Assembly (NCBI GenBank): GCA_964199315.1
Contig: OZ116709.1
Span: forward strand, 5,518,001-5,582,000
Direction: 5' to 3'
DNA: 64,000 bases
From: Orbicella franksi
Lineage: Eukaryota
In this document: piece after piece, positions 23,221 to 36,200 of the stretch
Position numbering within the stretch: the stretch's first letter is position 1
How the letters are laid out: every line of letters begins with the position of its first letter
Program-made: the position numbers and the translations under genes
The notes under the pieces: generated by a model
Databases searched by the model: none
Told to the model about the DNA's origin: nothing
What the model saw: only the letters and a program-made list of their open reading frames with translations

Positions 23221-26200
23221 ATGAAGTTGGCTACTTTTTGTCTAGTTTTCTCTCTGTTTGTATACGATTTGAAATTCCATTCGGATGGTGCCTTAAGCGA
23301 TCAAACTTCAGCGAAAGTGGAAGATATTAACTACAGCATAGAGAAAGGTAAGACTAGAAAACAAAATTGATGTAATATATCAAACACGAGAGACAGTGTT
23401 TCATCGCGATATCCAAACAGTGAGAAGAGTGTTGGAAATTTGACGCGCAGCATTCGGAATTCGAGGTGTTTGGATAGCGGATGAAACACTGTCTCGAGTG
23501 TTTGATAAATCATATCATCTCAATCGAACAAAAACTAAGGAGTAAACGGAGAAATAAAATCGTCAGAATCTATGCTAATTAAGACAGGGTATCCAAACCT
23601 CTTTCACGGTTGTGATTTTCTTTGTTTTAACTCGGTGAATCATGAATGAGTTTGAGAAAAATGTTCCTAGTTCTACACGGTGCACTTATTAGCGGTTTGA
23701 TTAATTTATCCAGACCTGTCGGGTATACATAAGCTTATAGTTCGTCTTTGATCTCCAAAACTATTTTCTTTGAAGATGACACTCGTGATGATGAATAAAT
23801 AAGATCAGTGATTGAAATGATTTGTATGTAATTTCATTTATGTTACATCCTCGCGCTTAAAGCTGTGTCTGAAAAACGCATCTTTTCTAAAATGCACATT
23901 CAACGGAGTAAAAATTGCACGTCAGTTTAGCAACTGCTGCAGATGTAGAGGCGTCGATGCAACAGTCCGTACTAAAGAAGAATTGCAATTTCCAAGAGTC
24001 TTACTAGCTTGCAATTCACAACAAAACAACAACAACACAATACATTTAATATTACCTGACAATCTACATAGTCTTGAAATAAATGGGTGTTCGTCTTTAT
24101 ATATTTTCAGCGAACGATGCTGGTTTTGTTTTCCAAAGGGATGTTGTCTTTAGTGACCGATCAAATAAGTCCCTGAGGACGAACACCACCAGAAATAGAT
24201 CCAAGCGAAACTTTGTTGCACTGAAACGCTTCTGGTGGAATTCTGAGTCCATTCCCTACATGCTGGACAAGTCACTAGGTAAGGTTTTAACTTAATATTA
24301 AGTATGGGAACAAATGCGTCTTCGCACTAAGATGAAGGGTTTCCTTTCTGGTCGTTGCTTAGCAACATGACGTCATTGCCTAAGGCACCAGGTGATATTA
24401 GGAAGCTTAAGCAACGACGATGCCTACTTAAAAATGAATTTATATTTTACCCGCGAGATTCGCAATTGCCTAGATCTGTTCAGTACGCCAATGGCTCTAA
24501 AAAGGTGCTCAGGCTAAATATGCAATTACAGCTAGCGTTCAGTTCCAAATGGAAAGTACGAAAAATTAGCCATCGTCATTCGCGTTCCTCAGACAACGCA
24601 GAACTTGGTCATTTCAAGTTGTTGTTAAGCAGGGCACGGCAAAGAAATGTACACAGATTTATAACGTACGTGCACAGCTATTGTTTTGCTCATTAAGGTG
24701 GCCGAACACAGTTTTCGCGCGCGCTTTTGCTGATGCAATTCAGCGCGCGCACCAGGATTGCAAAAAACAAACATGCCTTCAATAGAACGATCATTTTATT
24801 TACTCAACCCCGCACTATCTGTGCTATTTTTCTCTATAATTGAACGCAGTGTATTGATGGCTTTAGTCTTTTATTACAAAGATATGTTAGAAAAGGTAAC
24901 GATGCAAAGAACCCAGCAATTCTCAGCTTTTTCTTTGTTACCGAAAGAACCCAGTTAAATGCAGCGCATGCGTAGTGAGTGAAAAAATTGCGATTAAATG
25001 AAAAATTGCACTCTCGGAAATACGCCTATTTCTCCAGAACCACCCATTAGAATTTCACGAAATTTGGCATGCACGAAAATACTTTAGGAAATAAGTAACT
25101 TGAGTATTGATATTCCAGTGAACCTTCAATAGGGGATAATTGAAGATCTCTCTGTTAAATTATTAGCAAAATGGTGTTAACTTGTGAGTATCGTTACAAG
25201 CTTGTTGCATGTAAATTATAAAGAAAATCTAATGACTAAATTTTCTACAAATAAACAAAACCGATTTTAAAGGCCTGTTTATATCTATTCATGTTGCGAT
25301 GGCAACGACACATACGTCAGCTTAACCATCAAAAAACCAAAGTTTGTGTTGTTAACTTGCTTGCTGCCATTTTTGGCGACCGAGGGATCAAGGGTTTTAG
25401 AGAAAAAGGTGAATGAAATACAGGTAACAAAAACTGTGTTCAGCCACCTTAAACCTTTTGTTCGGTGACGTTCTCGTTGCCGTCGTCGTCGTAGTTTTCT
25501 TAAGCTCCCGAATAAAAATTCTTCGAGCCTGGGTCTACTGGCTTCCTTCACGAGTTTTTTTTTTTGTCAATCCTTTAACTAGTAAAAATGACATATTTTT
25601 TTTGGCAGGATTATCTGGAAGAAAAGCTTTCCAAGCTGCTATCACCGAGTTTGAGTGGAATACCTGTATAAGATTTACAAGACACACCAATGAGGAAGAT
25701 TACATTTGGGTGCATCGCGGATCGGGGTGAGCGAAAATTTGTGTACGAGGGTTGATCCACACAAACTAACTTGATTTCAGATTCCTAGCTCTCCAGCTCC
25801 TACACGTAACTAAACAGTCATGAGCCTATCATATATGGATTGAAACAGATTTTCACTCAAATGGAAACGGATATCATATTTTCTATCTGTGCTTTCCAAA
25901 GGAACGTTACAGGACCTTACAGTTGTTTCGATGTTTCGAGTATTAATGCCCTGACATTTTTAATTCTGTTTGAGCTCAGAATTTCACATATGCATCTTAC
26001 CCTTCGCGCGGTAACTAGGTCAATTGCAAATTAATTACTTTGGTTAATAACTATTAATGGTTAATGTTGGTTTTAAGCTGGCTCCACTTTGCATGGCTCA
26101 CAACCAATCGGTGTGAAGATGTCTTTCGGTCATTTAGGAGGCACGACGCCACAATCAATTTATGATTTCGCTCATGGGAATTTTCACCCTGTTTCCCACA

Positions 26201-29200
26201 ATTTTTGGATCGAGTTTTGATTGACTTATCTCACTGTTCGCAACAATAACGTCTCGTTTTCTGAGTACCTTGGTTTTATCTTTGCGCGACCTTGAGATTG
26301 GACACCCACCTTTAAAAAACTAAGAGCTGGGTTTCACTAGCGACGGAGTCGTAGTCGGAGTCGTAAATAGAAGGATAGAGTGATACGATCTAGAGAAAAT
26401 CAAACTGACGGAGTCGGAAGCAGAACACCACATCCGCTGATGACTCCGTCGCTTACGATCTAGTGAAAACTAGATTGTCGGATTCGGAAGCAGAAGAGGA
26501 AGAATAAGCCAATCACAAAGTTCGTTTCCGGGCCTTGTGATTGGTTGGTTCTTCCGTTTCTGCTTCCGACTTCGACAATCTAGTTTTCACTGGACCATAA
26601 GCGACGGAGTCGTAAACGGAATCGGAAGAAATGGAAACGTTCTGATTCTTCTGACTCCGATTCCGTCGAGCTTATGACTCCACTTACGACTCTGATTTTT
26701 GATTTTCACAAGGTCGTAAGCGCTCTTATGACTCCGACAATGACTCCGACTCCGACTCCGTCGCTAGTGAAAACTAGCCTTAATAATTAGTATTTACTTT
26801 TTGGTAGATGTTTTTCAGCCACTGGAAAAACCGGTGGAAAACAGCTTCTATCTTTGGGCAAAGGTTGTCAAACAAAGGGTGTTGTTATTCACGAGCTTTT
26901 GCACGCTCTCGGTATGATGCACGAGCATTGCCGCCCGGACAGAAACCAGTTCATTAGGATCAACGCAAACAACATCAAGCCAAGTAAGCAAGGCTGTTTG
27001 TGTTATAGAATGATGCAAGGCAGGGTTGCAATTGACGTGTCATGTAAATTTTCGATCCTGATACCAATAGATCATTTCACAGTTGTCTGCTCAGTGACCC
27101 GGCCTTTGAGTGGCAGCGAGGCTGGAGGTTACCTTGTTTTAATACTGAGAGCTTACCGCTTTTGTTGTGTAAATCAAGTTATTCTAATGCTAACTACTGC
27201 AGTTCGCACTTAAATGAAAAAAGCAGAGAGATTTGTATCAAAACAATGTTACTTCCAACCTCGCTTGCAAATACAGGCCAGGTAACTGAGCATACAACTA
27301 TAAAATGGCCAATTTTAAGAGATGCTTTAATTTTCTTTTCGCAAACTCTACTGAGACGTCTTTGATAAAATAAGCCATGTTTGCACAACGTTGACACTAC
27401 GTTAGGTCTAGATTGGGTTCACGACAATGGTGGTGTAATGGACGTGTTTATCCATCTTCTCGTTTGGATCTGATTCACAAGTGTGGTGATCGTGAGAGAC
27501 TTAGACCAAGAGAGAGAGGTATAAGTTGGGCTGTGGACGTTTAACAGAGAACTAGGATGGGAACGAGCTCAAACTTGTTTTCTTAGATGTTTACTATTGT
27601 CCAACTCGCTGCGTTGTTGTTGTTGTTGTTGTTCTTTTTCATTGTTTTAGAAGCGAGAGTTGAGTACCGCGTATTGAAAGGCTATGTCATCGGAGAACCC
27701 TACGACTATGGGTCCGTGATGCACTATGGGTTCAATTTCTTTAGTGTCGATTCCAAGAGACCAATTATTGTCAAGTTAATGCCAGGAGGGAAGCAGATGG
27801 GTCAGCGGGATGGATTCTCTGATCTGGATTTAAGGAAAATTAACAAGTTCTACAACTGCACAAAATATATCAGTGAGTGTAGTTTACTTGTTTTAGTGAG
27901 GAATTCCTTTGAAAATCTATAGGCGTCACATATTGTACTTTATTATTTTTACAGAATCGATAAAGACGCCCAAAAAGGAGATAATCAAAATAGTTTCAGG
28001 TATGAGAAATGTAATGGTTATAAGTGCTGTGTATATGGAGCGCCGTAGCTGTTGCTGTGTTGTAATTAAACCGCGCACTCGGCCTTCTGCGGTTTCCCTC
28101 GTCTACGCATGCCTCGTTGACATTGTAGAATCCTGCGCTTGCTGGTGGCCTTTTGTCTTGTTCAGTATTGTGACATTAAACCTTGAGTTCGTCTTAACGT
28201 ATTGGTGGAGAATATTTCTCCTTGCTTGAAAGGCAAAACATGGGCGACCCGGCCGTTATATCGTTGCATTCGCTCAACAGACAATTTCATCCTATGATCC
28301 ATGTCTTTTTCAGTGCCAGGTTTGGTTTACACGTCCTTTTACTCTGAACATAGGAGACTGTAGTTTTGAAAGAGGACTTTGTAACTGGAAAAACTGGAAA
28401 AACGAAGAAGAAGATCAATTTGACTGGATGATAGGAAAAGCTGTTGCTAAGTCTCAATCGAAAACAACGCCTCAATACACGTCCAATCTGACTAATGGTG
28501 AGAACCCGAATGATGAATTACTTCTTATCAGTGTGCAGACTGACTGACTAGCCAACCTACCAGCTGGCTGGCTGGCTAACCGATTGACAGTCTAACTACT
28601 TGGATGCACACTAGAAGCTAAGTTAGTTTCAAGCAATTAGGCACCTGACTCAAGTGCAGTTGAAAATCTCAAGTTGCACTTTAGAAAACTTGAATTCACA
28701 CCTGATGACAAAGTATATTACTTGAAGCATTTTTCCAATCAAATCAGTCATACATATCACAAATGCGATTGCTCGGTAGTAAAATCGTGAAGAAATCCAT
28801 AGAGTTGCGTTGTTGCCAAAGAGCAAAGGAACAAACGACATCCTCTGTACTTCTCTAGAATGGCTCAACAACCCAGTTTTCGGCAAAGAAATTGCTGTGG
28901 GGCCTTAGCTAACCTAAAAAATGCATTTCCGTGTGACTCGTCCAATGGTCAACAGAGTTTTTCGGGTGCAAAGAAATGTCCTGGTTGAAACTTGAAACAG
29001 CAGCTGGTTTGTAATTTGCAGAAGAGCATTTGTTGTCGGATGATATGAAAAGCGACGGTTTAGGCTGTCTAAGAAAATGAAATTCTAACAAGTTGTTTAT
29101 TGGTCCGTTAATCAGGATTGTAGAAACATTGCACATCGCTTGCAATTGGCTTCCATTTCCTATTGGTCAAGTGCGTTCTCAAGTGTGCGTGTAGACCACA

Positions 29201-30420
29201 CTTGGTGGCGCACTTCGGCTTCTTTGATCTACGAACTTTTCCATGGTCACTAAGTAAAGTCCAAGTGAGTACATTTTACCCCTTCACACTCAAAGTAGGT
29301 TCCAAGTGTACGTAGATTATACTTACAAGCTCTAGTGTGAAGCCAAGTACTAACCAACTAGCGGGCCTGACTAACTGACAGACTGACTGACTGGGTGACT
29401 GGCTGAGCGACTGACTGACTGACTGCACGACAGACTGACTGACTGACTGACTGACCGACTGACAGTCTACATCTGACTGGACTGACCTACAAGTTTCATT
29501 TACTCTCTGTCCACACTCCAAAATCAGTTTTCCATAGTTTAGTAGATTGCGTGATTCTAAGTCCTTGTTTTCCCTTTTGATGACTGCCATTTAAGGGAGG
29601 TTCCTCTTCTTCACAAAGCCATCAACAAGAGCTGAGTACATGAGCAGCGGTGTTCTTTACAGTGCAGGATACTTCAAAGGTTCAAGTTGCTTGAGATTCT
29701 ACTATCACATGAGAACTGGCGGATACCTTAAAGTGTTTACAAAGGAAGCTGCATCTAAGGAAAAAAACCCTTACGTGTTGATCTGGGAACGAGAAGGTCC
29801 TCAAGGAAATAAGTGGAACGTGATGGAAAAATCTCTTTTAGGTGCCATGATTAAGGTTTGTTGGGCTGCTGTGTGTGTTTTTCGTTGTTTCCATCTTTGC
29901 CGTTGGTGGTTTAGTTGCAAACGTTAGGTTTTAGAATTTCTGTTCTTTTTCGTCCTTTGGATGCATCTTTGTACAAAGTAGACGATGCCAGATTTACATA
30001 CATGTCGTCTGTGAATTTCATAGAGCCAGATTATGTGGATTTCAGGCCTGTGTTGGACTATAGCCCACTGTTGACAATCCCTGTCCTTATGGTGTTCTGA
30101 GCACGCTGAACAAGGTTGTCTCATTTCTAACTCCCTCTCCCTGCGTTTGTACGTTGTTGCAGATTTACATAGAGGGAATCAAAAGTCCGACTTTAACTGG
30201 ATTTGTTGCAATAGATGACATACGTGTCTCGCAAGGGAAGGCTTGTCTTGGTATGCATAAAGAAGTAACACGCCACTGACAATTCAATTATATGACAAAG
30301 ATTACCTTTCAACCTATCAAAGAATATCTTTGAACATGATGCATGATGTTCTTTACAGGCATTAGAGTTTATAACAACGTGAAATACATCGTGATGAATC
30401 TCTTTTTCTTGCTAGGATGA
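23221..30420 (+). CDS. Secreted astacin (M12A) metalloprotease with one MAM domain (meprin-like), 10 exons
   Basis: Exons 23221-23347 (signal peptide MKLATFCLVFSLFV), 24111-24278 (propeptide FQRDV, RSKR site), 25609-25726, 26808-26983 (HELLHALGMMHEHCRPDR), 27651-27872 (YDYGSVMHYG Met-turn), 27955-27999, 28354-28497 (GDCSFERGLCNW), 29596-29855 (CLRFYYHM), 30163-30250 (VAIDDIRV..C), 30359-30420 (stop). All junctions are GT-AG and phase-compatible; the last exon is least certain. Confidence 0.9.
23378..23507. repeat. Foldback interspersed repeat in astacin intron 1
   Basis: TATCAAACAC.GAGACAGTGTTTCATC ... GATGAAACACTGTCTCGAGTGTTTGATA inverted arms. Confidence 0.7.
24697..25448. mobile_element. 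752-bp non-autonomous TTAA-target element (Kolobok-like) nested in an older repeat
   Basis: TTAA at 24693-24696 and 25449-25452; TIR GGTGGCCGAACACAGTTTT / AAAACTGTGTTCAGCCACC (18/19). The host repeat (AAGCTTAAGCAACGACG ... CGTCGTCGTAGTTTTCTTAAGCT, about 24397-25510) resumes right after the TSD. Confidence 0.85.
26324..26780. mobile_element. Harbinger-type MITE with TAA TSD and internal inverted GGAGTC/GACTCC arrays
   Basis: TAA at 26321-26323 and 26781-26783; TIR GAGCTGGGTTTCACTAGCGACGGAGTC / GACTCCGTCGCTAGTGAAAACTAGCCT. Confidence 0.8.
27066..27313. repeat. Foldback MITE-like repeat in astacin intron 4
   Basis: AATAGATCATTTCACAGTTGTCTGCTCAGTGACCCGGCC ... GGCCAGGTAACTGAGCATACAACTATAAAATGGCCAATT imperfect inverted arms. 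Confidence 0.7.
29366..29466. repeat. Degenerate (GACT)n microsatellite
   Basis: gactgactga runs read directly; explains the QSVSQSVS ORF at 29276-29590. Confidence 0.85.
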
Positions 30421-33230
30421 TTACGGTTATCATCTACCAGACAACACGACATTTAAAGAATGATGTTTAAACCTCAGTGACTTTGAGTTACACAACGGCC
30501 GTAACTGGAGTTTCTGTGTGACTCTCAAGCTACGAAATACTCCGATATCCAGCGAATTACAGCACATGGAGGACGTTTTCCTTTTATACCGTTAATTTAC
30601 GCTGTTCCTAAACGGCAAAACCAAACGAAAAAGATCAATAGCTATAGACAACAATATGCTCAGTACAAGCATGAAAAGTTCAGGTTCCGAACCGATAGGG
30701 AATGTTTTCGTAATGTTTTCGTCATAGCGTATTAGTAAAAAGATATTTTCAAGAGATAATTTTAATAACACTGAGAGGAAGGTGCTAAGCGTTTTTGGGA
30801 TGAAATTTCCAAATCTCAGGGAGTTACAGAAATTCTGCTTCAAAACTCAGCAAACAATAAACATTAAACAAGTTAACGAAAGAACAACAGACAAACAGCG
30901 AACAAACGAGAGCAATATTTTTTCTAGACAATATGTGTATTTATCAGTTAATTCGGTACATGAATTATAGTTCTGTAATAATCAGTAAAATGGCATTAGA
31001 TCTAAGTTACGCTTTGTCACCTCTCAGTTTAGTTTAGTATTGTCAGCTTTCTTTTTGTGTAAGTAAAGTCTCACGTATAACAAAGCAATTATTCTCGCCG
31101 TCCGTAGTCATATATCCATTTCTATTTCTTTTTTATCTTTCTTAAAATTCAAACCACTGCACAATTTGTCTGCGTCCAAAAGCCAGTGGAAGACGCTTTC
31201 AAGCTTGCCAAACGAACAACAATTTTTCAACTTTAAAAGTTATATGAACCAGTGATGTCTTTTTTGATCAGTCAGGCAGGTTGCTAAGTAACTGATGGCA
31301 TTGTCATGCTGAGGTGAAGAGCTTGTTCTATTTTCTGGTTAAAGCTGGTGACTCTAATTGAAAATAGTTCTGTCACAACGAGGAAACACCAAAAACTGGA
31401 CTCGTCTCTTTGGTCAAAAAAGCTCAAAGCTTTCCAACATTTATTTGCTTCTTTAAAGTGATCTCGGCTTTTTGGCGGTGCTGGTTCTGTTGATTCTAAA
31501 AAGTAGCAACACAACGTTAACCATAAAAAAAGTTCGCATTTAAACTATCAGTACTGAGATCATGAGCAATTTTCTGTCGTTCGGAATTACTCCTTTTCCT
31601 AGCTTTGAAAAAGCGTCAACTTAAATATTATATATTGTACATCTTTCATCGTGTAAAGGGTTCACAACAAAAACATTAACAGTAACTTGGTCATCTAGGC
31701 TGCTTATAGAGTTTCCGGAATGACAAATGTAAACATGTAGTGCCTGAAAACGAACCCAGAGCGAAAACAAGGAAACTGGTATCAGAAGAGGGAAGACGAG
31801 TGTAGTTACTCTAATGACTCTGAGTAGCCTCATGAGCGATGTTCTTGTTCAAGATCTTATACACCGTGTTGACAAATGCTCGTCCCAGAGGTTTTTAACC
31901 TAGTTAACATTGCTTGGCCTAGAAAATGTTAAGACATCTCAATTAAATTTTACAACAATTTTGGAAGTCAATTAAAATAAGTTCTGAACTGACTTTCCAA
32001 AGCTCTATGAAACAGACTTTTAACCTAGTTCCATCCTAGTTGCAATTTCAATACAAATTAGACACATTTTTGCATCCTCAAGCCCCACCATACCATTGGA
32101 TGGGAGGCAATTGGCTGCACGCCTAATTACAAAAGATATACACTACAAAAATACGAAAGCATAGTAACTGATGGCGCTACAAATCCTTGTCCATGTTAAA
32201 AATTAAGAACAAGGAAACGTTCAAAAATACAAAATACAGATGACCTTGTTATGTTCTCCAGACTGAGCAACGTCAGTACAGCCTAGAAAGCATTTGCTGG
32301 TGAAATCCACTGATGCTTAAACGTAAAATGGTTGGCTGAGCTGATTACATGTATTTTACACTGAGTATCCCAGTTTATCCTGCCCTAACACTGACTGTTC
32401 ATTCTTTTCAAGGAGGTTTGCTTTCTCTTCCCAGTTAGACCTTGCTTTACACTTTCGCCTGTGACCGTACCATTGCACATGATGTCCTCACTGGGTAAAG
32501 TTTTGATTTCACAGGGATACCACGCAATATGCATGTGTATGTACCCTGTGCTGATTTGAAATAAGTAATAATGAATGGCTTATGAAGCCATAAATGCCAA
32601 AAAACGTGGCCACAACCTATTACATTAAGCAAAAAGCAATCTATGTGATTTTTAAATCTACTTATCTCGATATTTGATATCAAATTTGACTTATAAACCC
32701 TAGTCTTTATGCTAAGCTGGTTTAGCCCTAGAGAGCCTACATTTTTGTTTCATTATCACGCTTTCTGCATGATAGTTAGTGTCTCTGACTTCGTTATTTA
32801 CATATTTCATGTTCTTTACATGCAACTGTCATGACTCTAAGCGTTATGATCTTGACTGCATGTCTCTATTAAACAAACACAACTTTTCCTTTCTTCTTTT
32901 TTAACTCCAGCTCCCCAAGAAGGCCAGTATAGGCTATTTTAGAGCAAATTTAGCTGTTGAACATGAACTGGTCTTAAAAGAATGAATATCAAAATATATC
33001 CCATGGTCCGAAGGCAAGTGCAAATGCCTAACCGATTGAAAATAAATTTGAAGTAAATTTGTAGGAGATAACGACCTGTGTTGTTCTGACTGATCAGAGA
33101 ATTGGAGTTTGTTTTTTATATGAGGGAACGAATATTTGTATTCCAAATCCAACGTGTCACGTTCAATTAACTTGCCCAAAATAGCGATAACTGGACCCAC
33201 ACTATGCAGGAACAAAACGCCAATACTAAT

Positions 33231-36200
33231 TCATCTGTCCATTTTCATGGCTCCCTTCATCCACTGAGTGAACTCGTTGACATTGGTGTAAACTCCATAC
33301 TTATGTGGCAAGGCACATCCTTCGCCCCAGCTCACGATGCCTGCAAGCATCCACCTGCCGTCCCCATCCAGCACTGGACAGGCCAGCGGCCCCCCGCTAT
33401 CGTAAGAGCATGCATCGATGCCGCCTTCTTCAAATCCAGCACACAGGAAGTTATTTCCTATCGTCCCGTTGTATGAGCTAGGAAAAAAATGAACAAATGG
33501 GCAATAAGAAATTTTGCATGCAATGTCAGCAAGAGCAGACGGAGAAGAGCTTTTTGTAAAGAATGCTCACTTCTCAGAATTGCAGGCTTCTTTTCCCGCC
33601 AGATCGACCCAGGCCTCTCTCAACACAGGAGAGGTGCTTCCGTTCCATGACGTGTGCCCCCAGCCGGTGACGATACAGCGTTTACCAGGTTTGAAGAAGA
33701 TGAAGCTGTCTGGCAGGCAGATCTGATTGACGTGGCGTCCATACTTCACTGAGCTGGACAGGTGCACTAGAGCTGAGTAACATCACATGGAAGACAAAAA
33801 AAAGGCTGGATGTCGATAGACAGCAGTTATTTTCTTATTGCGAGAGAGCAACTGCATCCTACACGCATTTAGCACAAATTTAATTTAGCTAATTTGAGAC
33901 CCTTTTAACTTAGACAACGTTGAAACTTTAGTGGTTAAACTTTGTTCATTTAGATTTTATGACGATTTTGTACCAAATTCTTTACATTTACTGTATCCTT
34001 ATATCAATTTCAGGGCGTTCTTACGGTTTTGAAAAGTTTTTGAAATCCAAGATGGCGGGCATTGTGAACTGTGTGACGCCATTTTGACGTAATTTGACGT
34101 CATGATTGACAGGTGATAACCAGTAAAGAAAACGAGTTTGGATGCTTTAAACACCACATAAGTTTCATCGCTACTGAGTTAATACTTTCGAAGATCATAA
34201 AAGGAGGGCGGCGTGGGGGTACAAAGAGCTCATGGTAAATAATAGGGTGACGTCGCCATACCTATGTCATTGTTCCCGGGATGAGAGGAGTTACTTGGCT
34301 TGTAGCCAGGATGAATCAATATCTGCCGCACTCCTTGCATAATTCCTCTCCCTTCATCTCTCAATAATGAATGCTCTCCAATTCGAACCTTCCAGTCGGA
34401 CGGGTTCTTTGACGTACGTTCGCCTGAAACGTAAACGGTTTTATTTAGAAATTATGTATACGCAATCCACCGTAGGGAAAAAGATGGCGGCTGTACATTT
34501 TACCACTATGCCTCGCGAACCTAACACAGCCCAAAAGGCACAAAGAAAGCCTTATAATTATAATATTTGTCCCTGTACTAAGGACATCGAGTGGCCAGGA
34601 TTTGAAGATTTTATAACGTTTCTTTTACGTTTACGTTGTTTAGGTTTTCGTGCGCTAAGAACTATGGGTAAATGTACCAGTCGCCATCTTTTTTCCTACG
34701 GAGGATTACTATTATTTTTTCATAAGATAATGAACAGTTACACTTTAGACTCTAGTTCTTTTTTCGAGCATACAAATTTGTCGTGAAAAAATACAATATA
34801 TCTAGATCTGTTTAGACTTTGGGTACTCAGCTCGGGCAAAATTCACAATTATGTTTTACATGAAAATGGATTTCTTATCCCGCATGACTAAATTTGCTAT
34901 TACAGGTCCTGCAGTTCGTAATAAACTGAAAAAATGTCGTGCGAAAAGGGCCTAAAGAAAGTTTTTGTTTTGATTTTGATACTTTGCTCGAGAGTTTTCA
35001 TTTACGAGCATTTTCTCTCTTCCAGCAAACGTTGTTGGCCTTTGTTGTTCAAACACAGGGTAGTTTTACAACTTACTGAAGCAGTGTGCCGTGGTAACGA
35101 TCCAGGACGGTTTAATGATGGTTCCTCCACAGGCGAGCTTTGTGCCGTTGAAGAATAGAGCAACCATCCAAGGCCAGGAATTAGGAACACTCTCGCGGCC
35201 CCCCACAATCCTTCGCGAGCGCCTTTCATATAACAGGGTGCGCCTTCCGCAATCACCTGAAACTAAACAGAATCACAGCGCTTCTGTGATTATCTCGTGA
35301 AACAAGACTTGATTAAGGTTTTTCACACTAAGGGAAGGCAGACAAGGTACTATAATTGAATTCCCCTTTTCTTGTTTCCCTTGAATCTTAACTAGCATAT
35401 GAAGGTCCAAATCGACATACAAGAAACCCCCGTGATATTTTCATTTGCTCACGATGTAAAGGTCGAGAGAATCGTCCTTGCTACAAACGGTATTTTACAG
35501 CGGCATAAGGGGTATGCTAGCCAGACTGGGAAAATATTTCAATGTATAACAGCATATTTTCAACCAAAAAAGAGAAATTATAGCTGACTTTGATGCCGTT
35601 AACTTAGACTTAATGTGACAGTAACATATATCCCGTGTTGAGTAAACCCAAACCAATCTACTTACCTGCCGCAGATCTGCAGTTTGGTCTCCCTCCCTTG
35701 GTTCGTGTTCCTGGGATCTGTTTTCCTTCCCTATCCACACACCAGCAGAACCCAGTCTTTCCCGGTCTCTTGTGGCACTGAGTGCTTTTAAAGTGACCGT
35801 TGTCTTTGCACTTGGGAACGTATACTCCTTCACGGGTCTTTTTCCTTTTAAGTCTACGTTCACGCATTCGCTGGCACTTGGATTTTCCTCTATGAAAGGG
35901 GATTTCGTCTGGGAAAAATACAATCAAATCAGGTTAAACAGAAAAACCTTTCTGACGACCTTCAAAGTTTCCATTGACACTAAGCAAATATGAACATGCC
36001 TTTTGACTTTGTTTGTGCGTTTGTGACTTAAACACATTTTGGCTAGAGAAGAGCTCGTGTAACAGATTTTGACCAATCACAGGATAGGTGTTACTTTCAC
36101 ATTCAAACAGGTGTTTAACTAAGAGCCAGTCCGCCGAAGAGTTTCCAGCATCTGCCACCAGGTACATATTTCGTCTTAATTAGAGACATTAGAGTCAGAG

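Noticed and set aside
29276-29590. ORF with QSVSQSVS repeats
   Set aside because: Translation of a (GACT)n microsatellite in an astacin intron.
31284-31900. Minus-strand frames with hydrophobic stretches (FWCFLVVTELFSI; FLVFALGSFSGTTCLHL)
   Set aside because: Interrupted by stops, no recognisable family and no consistent splice structure.
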